Shown: positions 19,097 to 29,887, counted from the stretch's first letter. The stretch is DNA of 64,000 nt from an uncultured Bacteriovoracaceae bacterium (GCA_964012805.1 CAXGUD010000007.1:68987-132986), one strand, 5' to 3'. Notes: a model not told the origin generated them from the letters alone. Numbers and translations are program-made.

Positions 19097-19600
19097 TTAT
19101 AAATAGAAATGCACTCCAGCTGTTAGAATGTGATTTCCTCTAATTTCGATTGCAAAGTTGTCTAGTTTATTTAGTGAAACTCCAAACTCAAAACTAAAGC
19201 CTATACTCTCTATACCTTTAAGGTGAAACTCCGTTCCTAGATTAAAGTCAAATTGAAAACCTGATTTACTGGTTGTTCCTGACTTCTGGCCGAGAAGGCC
19301 CGCAAGAAGCGACCCATAAAAGTTAAGCTGTGGCTCTTCAAAAATAAGTCTATAAACTTTGATTCCTGCTCCATGTCCACCGCTTGTTTCGTTTGTGCTT
19401 AGTGCAATTATGCCACCCAGCGCAAGGGTGGGCGACTTTTGAAGTTTAAAGCTTATTGCGGGAATACCTGTTATAAGCTGGTTTGAAAAGCCTAGCCCAA
19501 GTCGGCCTCTTTGGTGTGATGCGAAGCATTCTATTTGGAATACAAGTGTCAAGATTAGGGCAATTACGTAGGAAAGATAAGGGGGCGAAACTCTTTTCAC
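19097..19600 (-). CDS. Small outer-membrane beta-barrel protein
   Basis: Signal peptide, RLGLGFS, amphipathic strands, C-terminal AGVHFYL beta-signal. Confidence 0.65.
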   Translation of the reverse strand: MKRVSPPYLSYVIALILTLVFQIECFASHQRGRLGLGFSNQLITGIPAISFKLQKSPTLALGGIIALSTNETSGGHGAGIKVYRLIFEEPQLNFYGSLLAGLLGQKSGTTSKSGFQFDFNLGTEFHLKGIESIGFSFEFGVSLNKLDNFAIEIRGNHILTAGVHFYL

Positions 19601-19730
19601 TTCAGATCTCTCTTTTTTTGCTAAAAGGTCATTTTACTTATTCTAACACGGCCTGTATTTTTGACAACTTCGTTGGAGGTTACTAAACTGTGACAGTTCT
19701 AGAGTACGTATAAAATGGAGAGGAATAAAG

Positions 19731-20423
19731 ATGAATGAAGTAACTGCTACAGCTCCTTATAATGGACCTGAAGGTTCAGGGGTCCCTCTAAGTGATGATG
19801 ATAGTATAGAGGCTCAGTGGAGTAAGTATAAAATACCAATTATTTCTTTGGTTGCAGTGGTTGTGCTTGGTGTTGTAGGGTTTGGCCTTTTTTCTAATCA
19901 CAAAGAGAATAAAAATGAAGAATTTGGTGAGAAAGTTTATCGTTTTACTCAAGCTCACTCTGCTAAATTAGAAAAAGGAACTTACGACGCAGCGTCTTAC
20001 ATTGCTTCTTTTAAAGTTTTGTTAAAAGATGTTGATGGGTTTGAGGGGGCATTTCCTCTTCTTCTGAACTCTGCAGATAAGGTTATGGAAAAAGGAGATT
20101 TAAAAGAGTCTCTTGAGCTCCTTCAGTTAGGTGAGAGTCAATACTCAAGTAGTAATGCTTATAAGGCTTTCTTTGTTAGAATTCGACTGGCAGCTCTTTA
20201 TGAAGATATGGGTAAGTTTAATGAGGCTTATGAAGTTCTTCAAAACCTGTTAAAGTCCCCTGTTAAGCTTTTAGAATCGAAAGTCTATCTTGATTTAGGA
20301 AGGGTTCATCTAAAAATGGGTGAAAAGGAAAAGGCCAAAACCACTTTTCAATATGTAATTGATAATGGAAAAAGTGGTGATGACGTCGTTAAAATGGCGA
20401 GGCTTTACATATCTAACATGTAG
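19731..20423 (+). CDS. YfgM-like TPR membrane protein
   Basis: Single N-terminal TM helix followed by TPR helices (YLDLGRVHLKMGEKEKA); upstream of a bamB-like gene. Confidence 0.75.
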   Translation: MNEVTATAPYNGPEGSGVPLSDDDSIEAQWSKYKIPIISLVAVVVLGVVGFGLFSNHKENKNEEFGEKVYRFTQAHSAKLEKGTYDAASYIASFKVLLKDVDGFEGAFPLLLNSADKVMEKGDLKESLELLQLGESQYSSSNAYKAFFVRIRLAALYEDMGKFNEAYEVLQNLLKSPVKLLESKVYLDLGRVHLKMGEKEKAKTTFQYVIDNGKSGDDVVKMARLYISNM

Positions 20424-20484
20424 TTAAATGCACTAAAATAACTTTAAAATTGCTGAAGCTTTTGACTTTCTAAAAAGGTTTTCC

Positions 20485-21612
20485 ATGAAAAAATTCTTGA
20501 ATGAATTTATACCTTTTGTTGTTTTACTTGTGATGGTTTCTTGCTCCTCTATAAAGAAGGTTATACCTATAAAGGGCACATCTTTAAAGAAGCCAGTTTT
20601 TACTGTTCTTTGGTCCAAAAATTATGATCCAGATTATAAAACAGGCAATTTGCCTATTGCTCTTAATGGTCCAATTACCAGTGAAGGAATTGTTTATGCT
20701 GGACATAATGAAGGAGAGATGAGGGCCTACGATGTAGAAACAGGTAAAAGTGCTTGGGTAGTAAAAGATGGTGGTCTTTCTCACTCTACACCAATAGTTT
20801 ACAAGGATTTATTAATTTACGGTACGCTACAAGGCAGGCTTTTTGCTAGAAACCGGATCACTGGAAGTTTGAAATATAGTGTAGAGTTAGGTTCTGGAGT
20901 AGAGACCCAAGGTGTGATTTATAAAGATAGGCTCTATGTTCATTTGAGAAATCACAAGATTTTTTGTCTTGATGCTCAAACTGGGGCCATTATATGGGCC
21001 TATAAAAGGTCTATGTCCTACAAAACAACTCTTCAAAGGGCTTCTCGGCCATTTATTTCTAAAGATAAGCTATATGTAGGCTTTGCAGACGGATATTTGG
21101 TATCATTTTCAGCTCAGGATGGATCACTTCTTTGGGAAACTAAATTGGCAGAGGACGTAAAATTTCTTGATGTCGATACTGCACCGAGGTTATTTTTTGG
21201 GAAGATTTTTGCTGGAGTATCAGAAGGAGATATTTTTGTTTTAAACCCAAAGAATGGAGAAGTGCTTAGCAAGTTGCCTTTTTCGTCTTTAAGGGATCTA
21301 AAATTAATTGAGGACAAAATCTTTATCGGAACCAAAAAAGGTAACGTTGTCGTTTTAGATGAAAGTTTGAAAATGGTTAAAGAGTCCAGGACATTAGATG
21401 GAGCGATAACCGGATTGGCCGTTTGGAAAGACCGCTTTATAGTTGTAGGGACTATTAGGGGAACATTATACGCTTTAGATACGAAGAGCCTTGAAATCGT
21501 TGACCATTTGAACTTTGGTTACGCTGGAACGCCCCACTTCAATGAGGCGAGCATAGATGGCCCTTTTCTTAGTATCATTTCAAGTAGGAACAGACTCCAT
21601 TTAATAAAGTAA
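20485..21612 (+). CDS. bamB: BamB-like PQQ beta-propeller lipoprotein
   Basis: Lipobox MVSC; repeated AYDVETGKxxW, CLDAQTGAIIW, SAQDGSLLW blades; yfgM and der nearby. Confidence 0.75.
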   Translation: MKKFLNEFIPFVVLLVMVSCSSIKKVIPIKGTSLKKPVFTVLWSKNYDPDYKTGNLPIALNGPITSEGIVYAGHNEGEMRAYDVETGKSAWVVKDGGLSHSTPIVYKDLLIYGTLQGRLFARNRITGSLKYSVELGSGVETQGVIYKDRLYVHLRNHKIFCLDAQTGAIIWAYKRSMSYKTTLQRASRPFISKDKLYVGFADGYLVSFSAQDGSLLWETKLAEDVKFLDVDTAPRLFFGKIFAGVSEGDIFVLNPKNGEVLSKLPFSSLRDLKLIEDKIFIGTKKGNVVVLDESLKMVKESRTLDGAITGLAVWKDRFIVVGTIRGTLYALDTKSLEIVDHLNFGYAGTPHFNEASIDGPFLSIISSRNRLHLIK

Positions 21613-21625
21613 TTAAATAACTGAC

Positions 21626-22507
21626 TTACCTTTTTTTCATATAATTAAAATAATCCTGGGCCCATGGAGCTCTCATTCTGGTTAAAATTTGTTTTTTTAA
21701 CTTGATTTCCTTTTTATTTAGAGAAGCAGGAGTTCGGCTTAGCTCTTTTTTTCTGAGGCTGGATAGAAGTGCCATATTTGAGAAGATTGTTGTTTTTAAA
21801 AGAATTGTAAGGTTTTTTCGAGATGGTTTAAATTCACTTTTTGATTTTTGGATAGTCGTTAAAAGGTTTTGAAAGTTATAGTAGTTAGTGCTTTTTCCTA
21901 ACTGACATAACTGTTCAATTTCTCTATAGGTTTTAAAAGCGTGGTAGGACAAAGCTTTCTTGATGGTTGAGGACCACATTTCTTTGTCCTGGTTTCTTAT
22001 TATATCTATAACTTGTGGTTTTTTGCTTCCTTCTGTCATTGGTAGATAAAGTTCCGGTGAAGAAGATAAAAAATTAAGGTCCTCAAGGTGGTTCTTATTT
22101 AAAAACTTGTAGTTAAGTCTTTTTTTATCGTTTTTTTGAGAATATCTAAACCCTTCTTTAAGAAGAGGTGTATGAAAATGAGGACAAGTGTTTATATTTG
22201 GTAAGGTCGCTGAAGAATAAGTTTTGAGTTTTTGATATTGTTTAAACAAATTCAAAAAATAGAGGTGTTTTGACGGTTTAAGTTTTTTCTTTTTTAATGG
22301 TTTTTTAGAAATAGAAGCAGGTCTTCGTGAAAAGCTTAATTGCTTGGGGAATGGAGGAGCAGATGGAATGAGATTAACCTTTTCTGTTTGTGGGTTAAAC
22401 CTGTTCATTTTTGAACCAAAAGTCTCTGGCTGCTTATAAGAAGAACTACATGATGAAATTAATAGGATTATCAAAATATTTACTAATGATATGATTGCCT
22501 TTTCCAA
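21626..22507 (-). CDS. Hypothetical lipoprotein
   Basis: Lipobox ISSC; two RxPAS motifs (RRPAS, RTPAS); CPHFH. Confidence 0.65.
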   Translation of the reverse strand: MEKAIISLVNILIILLISSCSSSYKQPETFGSKMNRFNPQTEKVNLIPSAPPFPKQLSFSRRPASISKKPLKKKKLKPSKHLYFLNLFKQYQKLKTYSSATLPNINTCPHFHTPLLKEGFRYSQKNDKKRLNYKFLNKNHLEDLNFLSSSPELYLPMTEGSKKPQVIDIIRNQDKEMWSSTIKKALSYHAFKTYREIEQLCQLGKSTNYYNFQNLLTTIQKSKSEFKPSRKNLTILLKTTIFSNMALLSSLRKKELSRTPASLNKKEIKLKKQILTRMRAPWAQDYFNYMKKR

Positions 22508-22550
22508 AATAAGCTCCTGATTTCTTGAGTCCGCTTTAAAATCAATTGCT

Positions 22551-22577
22551 TTATCGGATGTATAGTCTCAACTTTTA
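22551..22577 (-). promoter_or_regulatory. Sigma28 (FliA)-like promoter
   Basis: Minus strand TAAA-N15-TCCGATAA (11 of 12 consensus positions), ~45 nt upstream of the lipoprotein gene. Confidence 0.65.
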
Positions 22578-22665
22578 GAAGAAATAGTGAATGAATCTAG
22601 TCAATAAAAAAACTGTAAATCCTTTTTTATAAAAAATTAAAAAAGTATAAAAAGCTTTATAAATA

Positions 22666-23655
22666 TTAGGGTGTTAGCTTTAGTTCAAAGTCTAAAACTA
22701 AAGGGTAGTGATCTGATGGAAAGTGTCTCAAATCATTATCTTCTTTAGGAAACGGTAGAGGAACTCCTGTTTCAGGATTCTTGTAGTAATAGATACCTGA
22801 GTCGTTTTCTCGGACAAGCCCTTTGAGTTTTTCCGAAAGAAAAATGTAGTCTAATTGAAGAGGTTTACTTTCGTTAGCTGAAGCCGGGTGTAAGAAAGTT
22901 GATCTTTGCTTTTCAGGTAAACCGATTATTTCCAGTATATCTCTAAGGTCAGTTTTTTCATAAATATACTGAAATTCGGGATCAGGCTTTGAGAGCTGAG
23001 CATTGCCATTAAAGTCACCAGCAACAAAAATGGGAACTTTATCATTATATTTTTTCTTAAGGTTTAAATAAACATCTATTAGTACTTTTAGTTCAGCACT
23101 CCTCCTTTTTGATCCTTTTTCATCATGTCCATCAAAGTTTAATTGAGATTTTAGGTGAACGAAAAGTAATACTAAAGAAGGTATGTCATTTTTTCCTTTT
23201 GGAAAAACTCTTAATTCAGCAATATCTCTTGAAAACTTATGAGGTTGATACAAAGGCGGAAGATTAAGCTTTTTCTTCTTCTCATTTTCCTTTTTTTCAA
23301 ATTCATAATTAAAGTTAATAGAGCGGTTTTTATGAGTATAGTGACTGTAAGAAAAGGGCATTCCTTTTTTAATTAAAAAGCCAAGTTCAATCCCTCTTTC
23401 TGAGTTTCCTTGGATAAGTGTAGGTGAAAAATAATTATTGCAGAATTTATTATTAAAATTGAAAAGAGATTCTTCTCCTCCAACCTCAGATATCATCAAT
23501 ATGTCTAAATCCATTTCTATGACAGCTTTTCCTAGGTCAATAACTTTATAGAGAGGCTTATTTGGCTGAAATTTCTTTAGAACTGTTTTCTGTTGATACT
23601 CATTCGGGTCGTTTAAAAGAAACAAGTTTTGTGAATTTAATACCGCAATTCTCAA
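22666..23655 (-). CDS. Endonuclease/exonuclease/phosphatase (EEP) family protein
   Basis: LNSQNL, SEV, HLKS, AGDFN, LDYIF, PSDHYP. Confidence 0.9.
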   Translation of the reverse strand: MRIAVLNSQNLFLLNDPNEYQQKTVLKKFQPNKPLYKVIDLGKAVIEMDLDILMISEVGGEESLFNFNNKFCNNYFSPTLIQGNSERGIELGFLIKKGMPFSYSHYTHKNRSINFNYEFEKKENEKKKKLNLPPLYQPHKFSRDIAELRVFPKGKNDIPSLVLLFVHLKSQLNFDGHDEKGSKRRSAELKVLIDVYLNLKKKYNDKVPIFVAGDFNGNAQLSKPDPEFQYIYEKTDLRDILEIIGLPEKQRSTFLHPASANESKPLQLDYIFLSEKLKGLVRENDSGIYYYKNPETGVPLPFPKEDNDLRHFPSDHYPLVLDFELKLTP

Positions 23656-23673
23656 GAAGAACTCTTTTTTTAT

Positions 23674-24486
23674 TCAATTACAACTATGTCCGAATATCAT
23701 TGTTTTATAATTTTTGGAAGTTTTATCCCATATAGCTTGACAAAAATGTCCAAGATGAAGCGATTTTGCCGTAGTTTCTAATTTAAACTTATCTATTAGA
23801 ACTTGAGGGCAAACTACATTTTCTGGAGAGTTCTTCCTAGGGATTTTTTCATTTGAAAGAACCATTCTCCCATCATCTTTGATATTTAAACCAATATACA
23901 CCCCTTCATATTCTAGTTGAAAATATAGATCATTTTGTTTGATGAAAAGAGGTGTATCATCTCTTGGGACAAAGAACTCCTTTATTGAAAGGTTTTTACT
24001 TGAAGGACTATTTTCTAATAGAAATGCTTTTTGTGGGATAAATTTATTATTTTGGTGAACAAATTTATTTTTTATGTTTTTAAGAAAAGTCTCTGCTATG
24101 TAAATTTTTTCCTCACCTTTCTTCGTATGATGAGAGCATGGAGACCTCCAGCTAATAACAGATCTATCTCTAGCTCCTAATGGGCTGGCCCATATGGAAA
24201 TTAGAATTCCAAACTTTCTTTTAAACTTTTTAAGTTTTTGAATTTTTTTATTAATTGGTAATTTATGATCATGAACAAGTTCAATCCATTTTTTTCTTAA
24301 TAGTGCTGCTTTTTTTGTACAGTTAGAGTTAGTTGGGCACCCTTCTATTGGGTGGAAAAGCATATGTGGCTTAAATTTTTCTTCTTTAAGTCCTCGAGTT
24401 TTTTTTGCGTAGGAATTAAATGAAGCAGTTAACGAAAGTAGGCTTAAAATGATAAACGTTTTTAAATAAGAGTCATTAGATGCCAT
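23674..24486 (-). CDS. Hypothetical secreted protein
   Basis: Signal-peptide-like N-terminus, six Cys, basic composition. Confidence 0.6.
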   Translation of the reverse strand: MASNDSYLKTFIILSLLSLTASFNSYAKKTRGLKEEKFKPHMLFHPIEGCPTNSNCTKKAALLRKKWIELVHDHKLPINKKIQKLKKFKRKFGILISIWASPLGARDRSVISWRSPCSHHTKKGEEKIYIAETFLKNIKNKFVHQNNKFIPQKAFLLENSPSSKNLSIKEFFVPRDDTPLFIKQNDLYFQLEYEGVYIGLNIKDDGRMVLSNEKIPRKNSPENVVCPQVLIDKFKLETTAKSLHLGHFCQAIWDKTSKNYKTMIFGHSCN

Positions 24487-24556
24487 ATAATTCTCATTTT
24501 ATTGGATATAAAACTTGTTTTTTTTTACTGCTTTTAATTTTAGAATAAAAAAAGAG

Positions 24557-27500
24557 TTATTGACAGTAAATGTGATGATTCCACCTAAAGCCTTGGAGGA
24601 ACCTTGTTGTCCCGGTGTCATTTAAGGTATCGCTATCAAGCACTGAATCAATAATACTATATTTTCTTGATTGGTCAGGTGTTTGTTCCTGTTCAAAAAA
24701 ACCGCTATTTGGTTCAGGGTAAAAATAACCAAAAGCAGCACCTCTTCTTATCTTTTTGTCATAGCAATACTCTCTCCCAAGAGCTTCAAGCTTATTAAAG
24801 GTTTCTCGATTTAATTTGGGTTCACCTGTTTCAGGAATATAGTTTGATTCAGAAAGTCCGCCTGCGGGTAATGTTTTGCCGTGTCCTTCTCCAGATACAA
24901 ACCTATTGAAGTAGACGTTAAGATTTGTCCCTGGAGGAAGCTTACAAACTTCTACGGTTTGTCCCACTTCATTTTTTTCACTCACTGTATAGTTACTACA
25001 ACATGACTCTTTGGATGGAGCAGTTTCTCCCAGTTTCATGCAGCATTTAAATTTATGAGGTGAAAATACTTTTCCAAGCATAACTTTATCTTGGAGAACA
25101 ATATGACCATCTGGGTTTGAAATATCATTTGTTTGATCAAGTGCTGAGCCTGTTTCGTAATCGTAAATTTGTCCTAAAGATCGCCCACTTGAATAGTTTT
25201 TGGTTCTATCGTATTGGAAGGACGTACCAGATTTCTCAAATTGTGTCCTAGTGTGGGGTGATATACTAAATATATTTTCAACAAGTTGACTTCTATCTGT
25301 ATTGCAATAAATAGGTTCATAAAAGATTTGAGGAATACCCATAAGCTCAAACCTTGAGAGTTTTGTAAGGTAATAAAGAGCATTTCCAGGGTTAAGTCTC
25401 GTATCGGACGTAGCTGTTGTTTTATAAGAAGGACCTGTATCGCTCGGGTCATATTTAAAAATCGTTGTCCCTATAGGGTTAAAATTAATTTCAACTCCAG
25501 CATAATTCCAAGGATCATTTTCATTAGGATCAGGGTTATCAGCAGATTGATCTGCCTTTATATGGAAAATTTGATAACCATTTGTAAGAGTCTCAATACA
25601 CCAACGTTCGGGGTTTGAGAAGGCCCTTGGGTTGGTCTTATTCGGTGTGATGGTGGGGTCACAATATGCTGGGTCTTCAATTGCAGTTTCTGACCAAGTC
25701 GTTTGATCCGAGACATACTTTATTGAAACACTATTTATATTTGATTTACCCCCAATATAGATGGGTAAATAAAAACTTACGGCATCGTGAAAGGATCTTG
25801 TTGCAAAATAATTATAAGGACCAGAAGATGCTATAGGTGTAGGGTTAGCGTAAGGGGTTGGCATGTAAGGAGATTCAAAAGACATCAATTGTTTAACTGG
25901 AGAACCAGTAACTGGAGTTTCTGTTGGTGTTGTATCCATTTTTGTATCGTCGTTTGTAGAATCTGTTGGGTAGGAAAGTTCATAACCAGCAACTGAAGGT
26001 ATTGAAACCTGGATACAGCCTCCATACTCAGGAGATAAACATAATTTTTCGACATCTTTATTGTAGTTTTTAGTACTAACAGCATCACTATCTAGGCATG
26101 AGGTGGATGAATTTGTTGAGCAATTATTTGTTGGAGGATAAAAGCTCACTGGCGACATATAGTTGAGGCAGCTAAAAGCGGCCACATCAAAATTAATGCG
26201 TGGGTTTTGGGTCCAATCGTTTGTATCATCTGCAAATTTTCTGATCCATCCACCTCCACAACATGACCTTCTTGCGGTTTCGTGAATTGTTTTCCACTGA
26301 AATTGCTTGGGAGTATCAGGTGTTCCATCCGATTCTGTTCTAAGTATGGGAAGCTGACTGTATGGGTCAGGTGTGGCATCATTGACACTTGTGGCATCCA
26401 CAAAATCTATAATACTAAATCTTGAGTAACGACCATCGGTAGAAGGCGAATTATGAGGAAGGGTGTCTGAGGAGAGGTCATCATTGCCAGTTCCCTGTTC
26501 AGGGATAAGATCTGGGTCGTTAACACCCTTTTTATACTGGGTATATATCGTGATGTCTTTCCCTACTTCTCTACAGCAACGATTCTTTGTCATATCATAT
26601 TTTTCGTAATCGTAATCAGTCAGAGATGGCTGTTTTTGGGCCTGTCCACATACAAGAGATTCTTTCCAATAATCATGTTCGGCATCGGTGTTACCAAAGT
26701 AAGACTTGTCTAGTGTCAAAGCTTCTCTCTCGTGAAGAATATTAGGTGTACAGTCAAGGTCAGTATGGCAAATGGAACCTGCCCTTCTGAGGCAAGCACT
26801 TCCAACTAGTGTTTGTTCTTCTAAAAAGGCGAGCGAATCTATTCTTTTTGCTTCAATTCTTTCAAATGTAGACTTGTCATTATATATCGATTCACCACCA
26901 CAAGAGTTTTGGTAGTGAAGTTCTTTTTGATATTCTGGAGTAACTAAATTATTCGAGTTATCGCCTGTGATATCAGTTATATAGTTACCATAATTAATGC
27001 TTTTTATATCTCTTTCAAATAGAGGACAAGTAATAACTCTATTGGCGCCAGTTGATGTTTCATCACATGACGAAATTTGTGAAATATAATCTGTCCTTTT
27101 TTGGCTATCAGGATTTTGATGTTGATCAATTACTGGAGAAGTCGTTGTTGTTGTAATTATTTTTTTTCCTGGTCTGCATAGGCCGAAATCTGAAGTATCA
27201 CTACTATATAATGATGCATGATGAATAATAGAAGATTTGGCAGAGTCGGGTAATATTGCCGTTGCACCTACATATTTTTCTGGTCTTCCTAAGGTATTGG
27301 CCTGCTGGCCGTATTGAATGGATGAATAAAGGTTAGGAACTCTCATCACTTTATCATTAAAGACATTGTCACCATAGCTAGCACAGTAAAAATTAGGAGC
27401 ACAGGTAAAAAGTTTTTGGTACTTCTTATCTAAATCATCTTTAAAGTTTCTTTTACAAAGAGAACCAGCTCCTCTATAAACACACCTTTTTGTTGTCGAT

Positions 27501-29881
27501 CCAGAAGGAGGAAATTTTGAAAGAATTGTTGAAAAACTTGCTTTGTCTATTTGCTCATTAGCAACTTCATTTGAATCCTTATCAAATTTAGGCCAGCTTG
27601 ACACCAGTTTAGAGACGTCGGCACAACTATATTCCCACCCTAGCTTTGCTACACAATCAAAATCTTTTACACATTGATGGAACTGTCTACATGACCCACC
27701 CTTATTTTGTTCAGGATGATCTATTCCTAAGGATGGATTATAATCAAACTGGCTTACAGAGTTGCTTCCTAAGTCAACCATCACGGAAACCGTAGTTGAA
27801 GTAGGATCAGAAAGGTCAGCAAATGGAGCATTAAAAGCCAAAAAGAGCTTTGTGCTTGTAGAGGTTACTCTTCTTCCATTTCCAATTGAAAACCAGCTCA
27901 CACCATCAAAGCTTCCAACAATTGATCCTTTATTAAAACCATACCAGTCTCTTTGATAGCCATTAATAAAAAGAGCAGCTTGAGTTTCAAGCCTATTTTT
28001 TCTTTGCGTTTGTAGGTCTGGATTTTTTACATGGCTAAAAGCAATCATTGTTGGAGGCAACCAGCAGGCCCTACCAAAAATTGTATCCTCATAGTTTCCA
28101 TTAGAAATATTATTTTCATATGAGTATCTTTTTGTTGAATATCCAGCTGCTTGAATCCCTTTACCATTTTGGGAAAATGGATAAGCGGTTAGAGAAGATA
28201 ACCAAGTATCTTTTTTGCATTGTGGACATGGAGTGAAGAAACCTTTGATTGCACTAATTATATATTGTCTATCGTACTCGACGTTAAGAACTTTTGCAGG
28301 TACGGCCGCATCGAGTGATACATTGATAGGACCCAAGATAGCATTCATACTATAAGCACTCATTTCTGGTTCAGTTTTTCCTTTATTATCTTGATAAAAG
28401 AAAATATCGCCTTCTTGGTCTTTTGATTGATCTGTTGAAAGAATAAAAGACGTCATATCATCTACACTAGATCCATCTGTCTTTTTGAAGAATCTGTGAG
28501 GTGTGGTTCTTCCGTTAAGTTTAATTTCTAATTCTTGAAAAGGAGTTTCACTAGGGTCAATATTTGGAACTTCACATTCAAATCGGAGAATTGTACCGAC
28601 GAGGTTCTTGATAGGCCTCAAACTATAGTTCGGGCACAGGAGGTTATCAGGAGATTCTGGCAAAGGGTCTGCTTTACATCCACACCTTTTCCAAACGATG
28701 TCCCTAATTTTTTTATGACAATCTTCAGGTTGCTCTCCATAGCAGACGGTAGTCTGCTTTGAAGAATCCAAGTATGAAAGATAAGGGTATGAATCTGCTG
28801 AAGGGTCTGAAGTGCTGCAAACATTATTGTTTACAAAGTCAGGAGTGTCTTTTTTTCCTTCTTCAAGGCAATCGTAGTAATATCCATCCTGTTTGAAATT
28901 CCACTGTGCTTGTTCGAGATTATTATCGCTTGAAGGTGGCGTACTCGGAACATCTTGAGCGTAATTTGGGCATATGTAGTAGATATGAGGGTAGAAAACT
29001 TTATTTTTGGAGTCTGAAATTACATCTTGAAGGGCTTGATCATAATCAGGATAAGAAGAGGCTCCTGGTTTTACCCCACCATCATTTACACATTGATTGT
29101 TAAGGCAGCAATCAAAACCTGTGGCTTTGCAAGTTGAATTATTGCAACGAGAGTCACCAATTTGAGAACTTATATTTGGTGAAAGAATTTCTATGCCAAA
29201 CCCTAAGAGTGATAACTTTTCTTTTGAAACTTTATTATCTTTTGTAAGAGGAATATTACCGTTCGTATCTGTGTTCTCTTCATAAAGTGAAATATGACTC
29301 GAAGAAATTTGTGTTGAACAACTAGGGCAAATGTCACTATTTTGAAAAGAAGTAGCAGCGGTTCCTGTCGCAGGGTTGGTCGAGGAAATTACTGTACTGC
29401 TGATGATATTGTTTTCTGTAAAAGGGAGATCACCACTACATCGATCCTTACTTTCGCTAGAGCTTTTCAGGTCTAGTCTTAGGAGTCTTTCTAACGTTTG
29501 ATTTGAAAAATTTGTAAAGGTTATGGGTATTGCCTGGACTCTAAGTTGAGTCTTTGTGTTATCGGGCAATATGAAATCACTTACGATGCAATATTTTTTT
29601 GCTGCATTTGTTTTGTACTTTAGGAAGTCGTGAATAAGTCTACCCCTCAAATAAACAATCGAAGTATTTTCACGGCTAATAGAGACGAGCTTTCCGTTAT
29701 TTTGAGATGTGTACCAATAGAGCTCCCCGGCCGAGCCAAATGTAGGATTTTTGGCCGGTGTTTTTTTTGTAGATAATTTTGACTTCCTCATATTTCGAGG
29801 AACTTCCTCTACCAAACAAGAGGTTAAAAAAATAAGAAGGACGAAAAGTATATTTTTTCTCATTATTTCAGTCATTTCCAT
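24557..29881 (-). CDS. Giant cysteine-rich lipoprotein (1774 aa), function unknown
   Basis: Lipobox LTSC after MRKNILFVLLIF (start may be 29863); 57 Cys by manual count; S/T/D/P-rich linkers. Confidence 0.85.
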   Translation of the reverse strand: MEMTEIMRKNILFVLLIFLTSCLVEEVPRNMRKSKLSTKKTPAKNPTFGSAGELYWYTSQNNGKLVSISRENTSIVYLRGRLIHDFLKYKTNAAKKYCIVSDFILPDNTKTQLRVQAIPITFTNFSNQTLERLLRLDLKSSSESKDRCSGDLPFTENNIISSTVISSTNPATGTAATSFQNSDICPSCSTQISSSHISLYEENTDTNGNIPLTKDNKVSKEKLSLLGFGIEILSPNISSQIGDSRCNNSTCKATGFDCCLNNQCVNDGGVKPGASSYPDYDQALQDVISDSKNKVFYPHIYYICPNYAQDVPSTPPSSDNNLEQAQWNFKQDGYYYDCLEEGKKDTPDFVNNNVCSTSDPSADSYPYLSYLDSSKQTTVCYGEQPEDCHKKIRDIVWKRCGCKADPLPESPDNLLCPNYSLRPIKNLVGTILRFECEVPNIDPSETPFQELEIKLNGRTTPHRFFKKTDGSSVDDMTSFILSTDQSKDQEGDIFFYQDNKGKTEPEMSAYSMNAILGPINVSLDAAVPAKVLNVEYDRQYIISAIKGFFTPCPQCKKDTWLSSLTAYPFSQNGKGIQAAGYSTKRYSYENNISNGNYEDTIFGRACWLPPTMIAFSHVKNPDLQTQRKNRLETQAALFINGYQRDWYGFNKGSIVGSFDGVSWFSIGNGRRVTSTSTKLFLAFNAPFADLSDPTSTTVSVMVDLGSNSVSQFDYNPSLGIDHPEQNKGGSCRQFHQCVKDFDCVAKLGWEYSCADVSKLVSSWPKFDKDSNEVANEQIDKASFSTILSKFPPSGSTTKRCVYRGAGSLCKRNFKDDLDKKYQKLFTCAPNFYCASYGDNVFNDKVMRVPNLYSSIQYGQQANTLGRPEKYVGATAILPDSAKSSIIHHASLYSSDTSDFGLCRPGKKIITTTTTSPVIDQHQNPDSQKRTDYISQISSCDETSTGANRVITCPLFERDIKSINYGNYITDITGDNSNNLVTPEYQKELHYQNSCGGESIYNDKSTFERIEAKRIDSLAFLEEQTLVGSACLRRAGSICHTDLDCTPNILHEREALTLDKSYFGNTDAEHDYWKESLVCGQAQKQPSLTDYDYEKYDMTKNRCCREVGKDITIYTQYKKGVNDPDLIPEQGTGNDDLSSDTLPHNSPSTDGRYSRFSIIDFVDATSVNDATPDPYSQLPILRTESDGTPDTPKQFQWKTIHETARRSCCGGGWIRKFADDTNDWTQNPRINFDVAAFSCLNYMSPVSFYPPTNNCSTNSSTSCLDSDAVSTKNYNKDVEKLCLSPEYGGCIQVSIPSVAGYELSYPTDSTNDDTKMDTTPTETPVTGSPVKQLMSFESPYMPTPYANPTPIASSGPYNYFATRSFHDAVSFYLPIYIGGKSNINSVSIKYVSDQTTWSETAIEDPAYCDPTITPNKTNPRAFSNPERWCIETLTNGYQIFHIKADQSADNPDPNENDPWNYAGVEINFNPIGTTIFKYDPSDTGPSYKTTATSDTRLNPGNALYYLTKLSRFELMGIPQIFYEPIYCNTDRSQLVENIFSISPHTRTQFEKSGTSFQYDRTKNYSSGRSLGQIYDYETGSALDQTNDISNPDGHIVLQDKVMLGKVFSPHKFKCCMKLGETAPSKESCCSNYTVSEKNEVGQTVEVCKLPPGTNLNVYFNRFVSGEGHGKTLPAGGLSESNYIPETGEPKLNRETFNKLEALGREYCYDKKIRRGAAFGYFYPEPNSGFFEQEQTPDQSRKYSIIDSVLDSDTLNDTGTTRFLQGFRWNHHIYCQ

Positions 29882-29887
29882 TAATTA

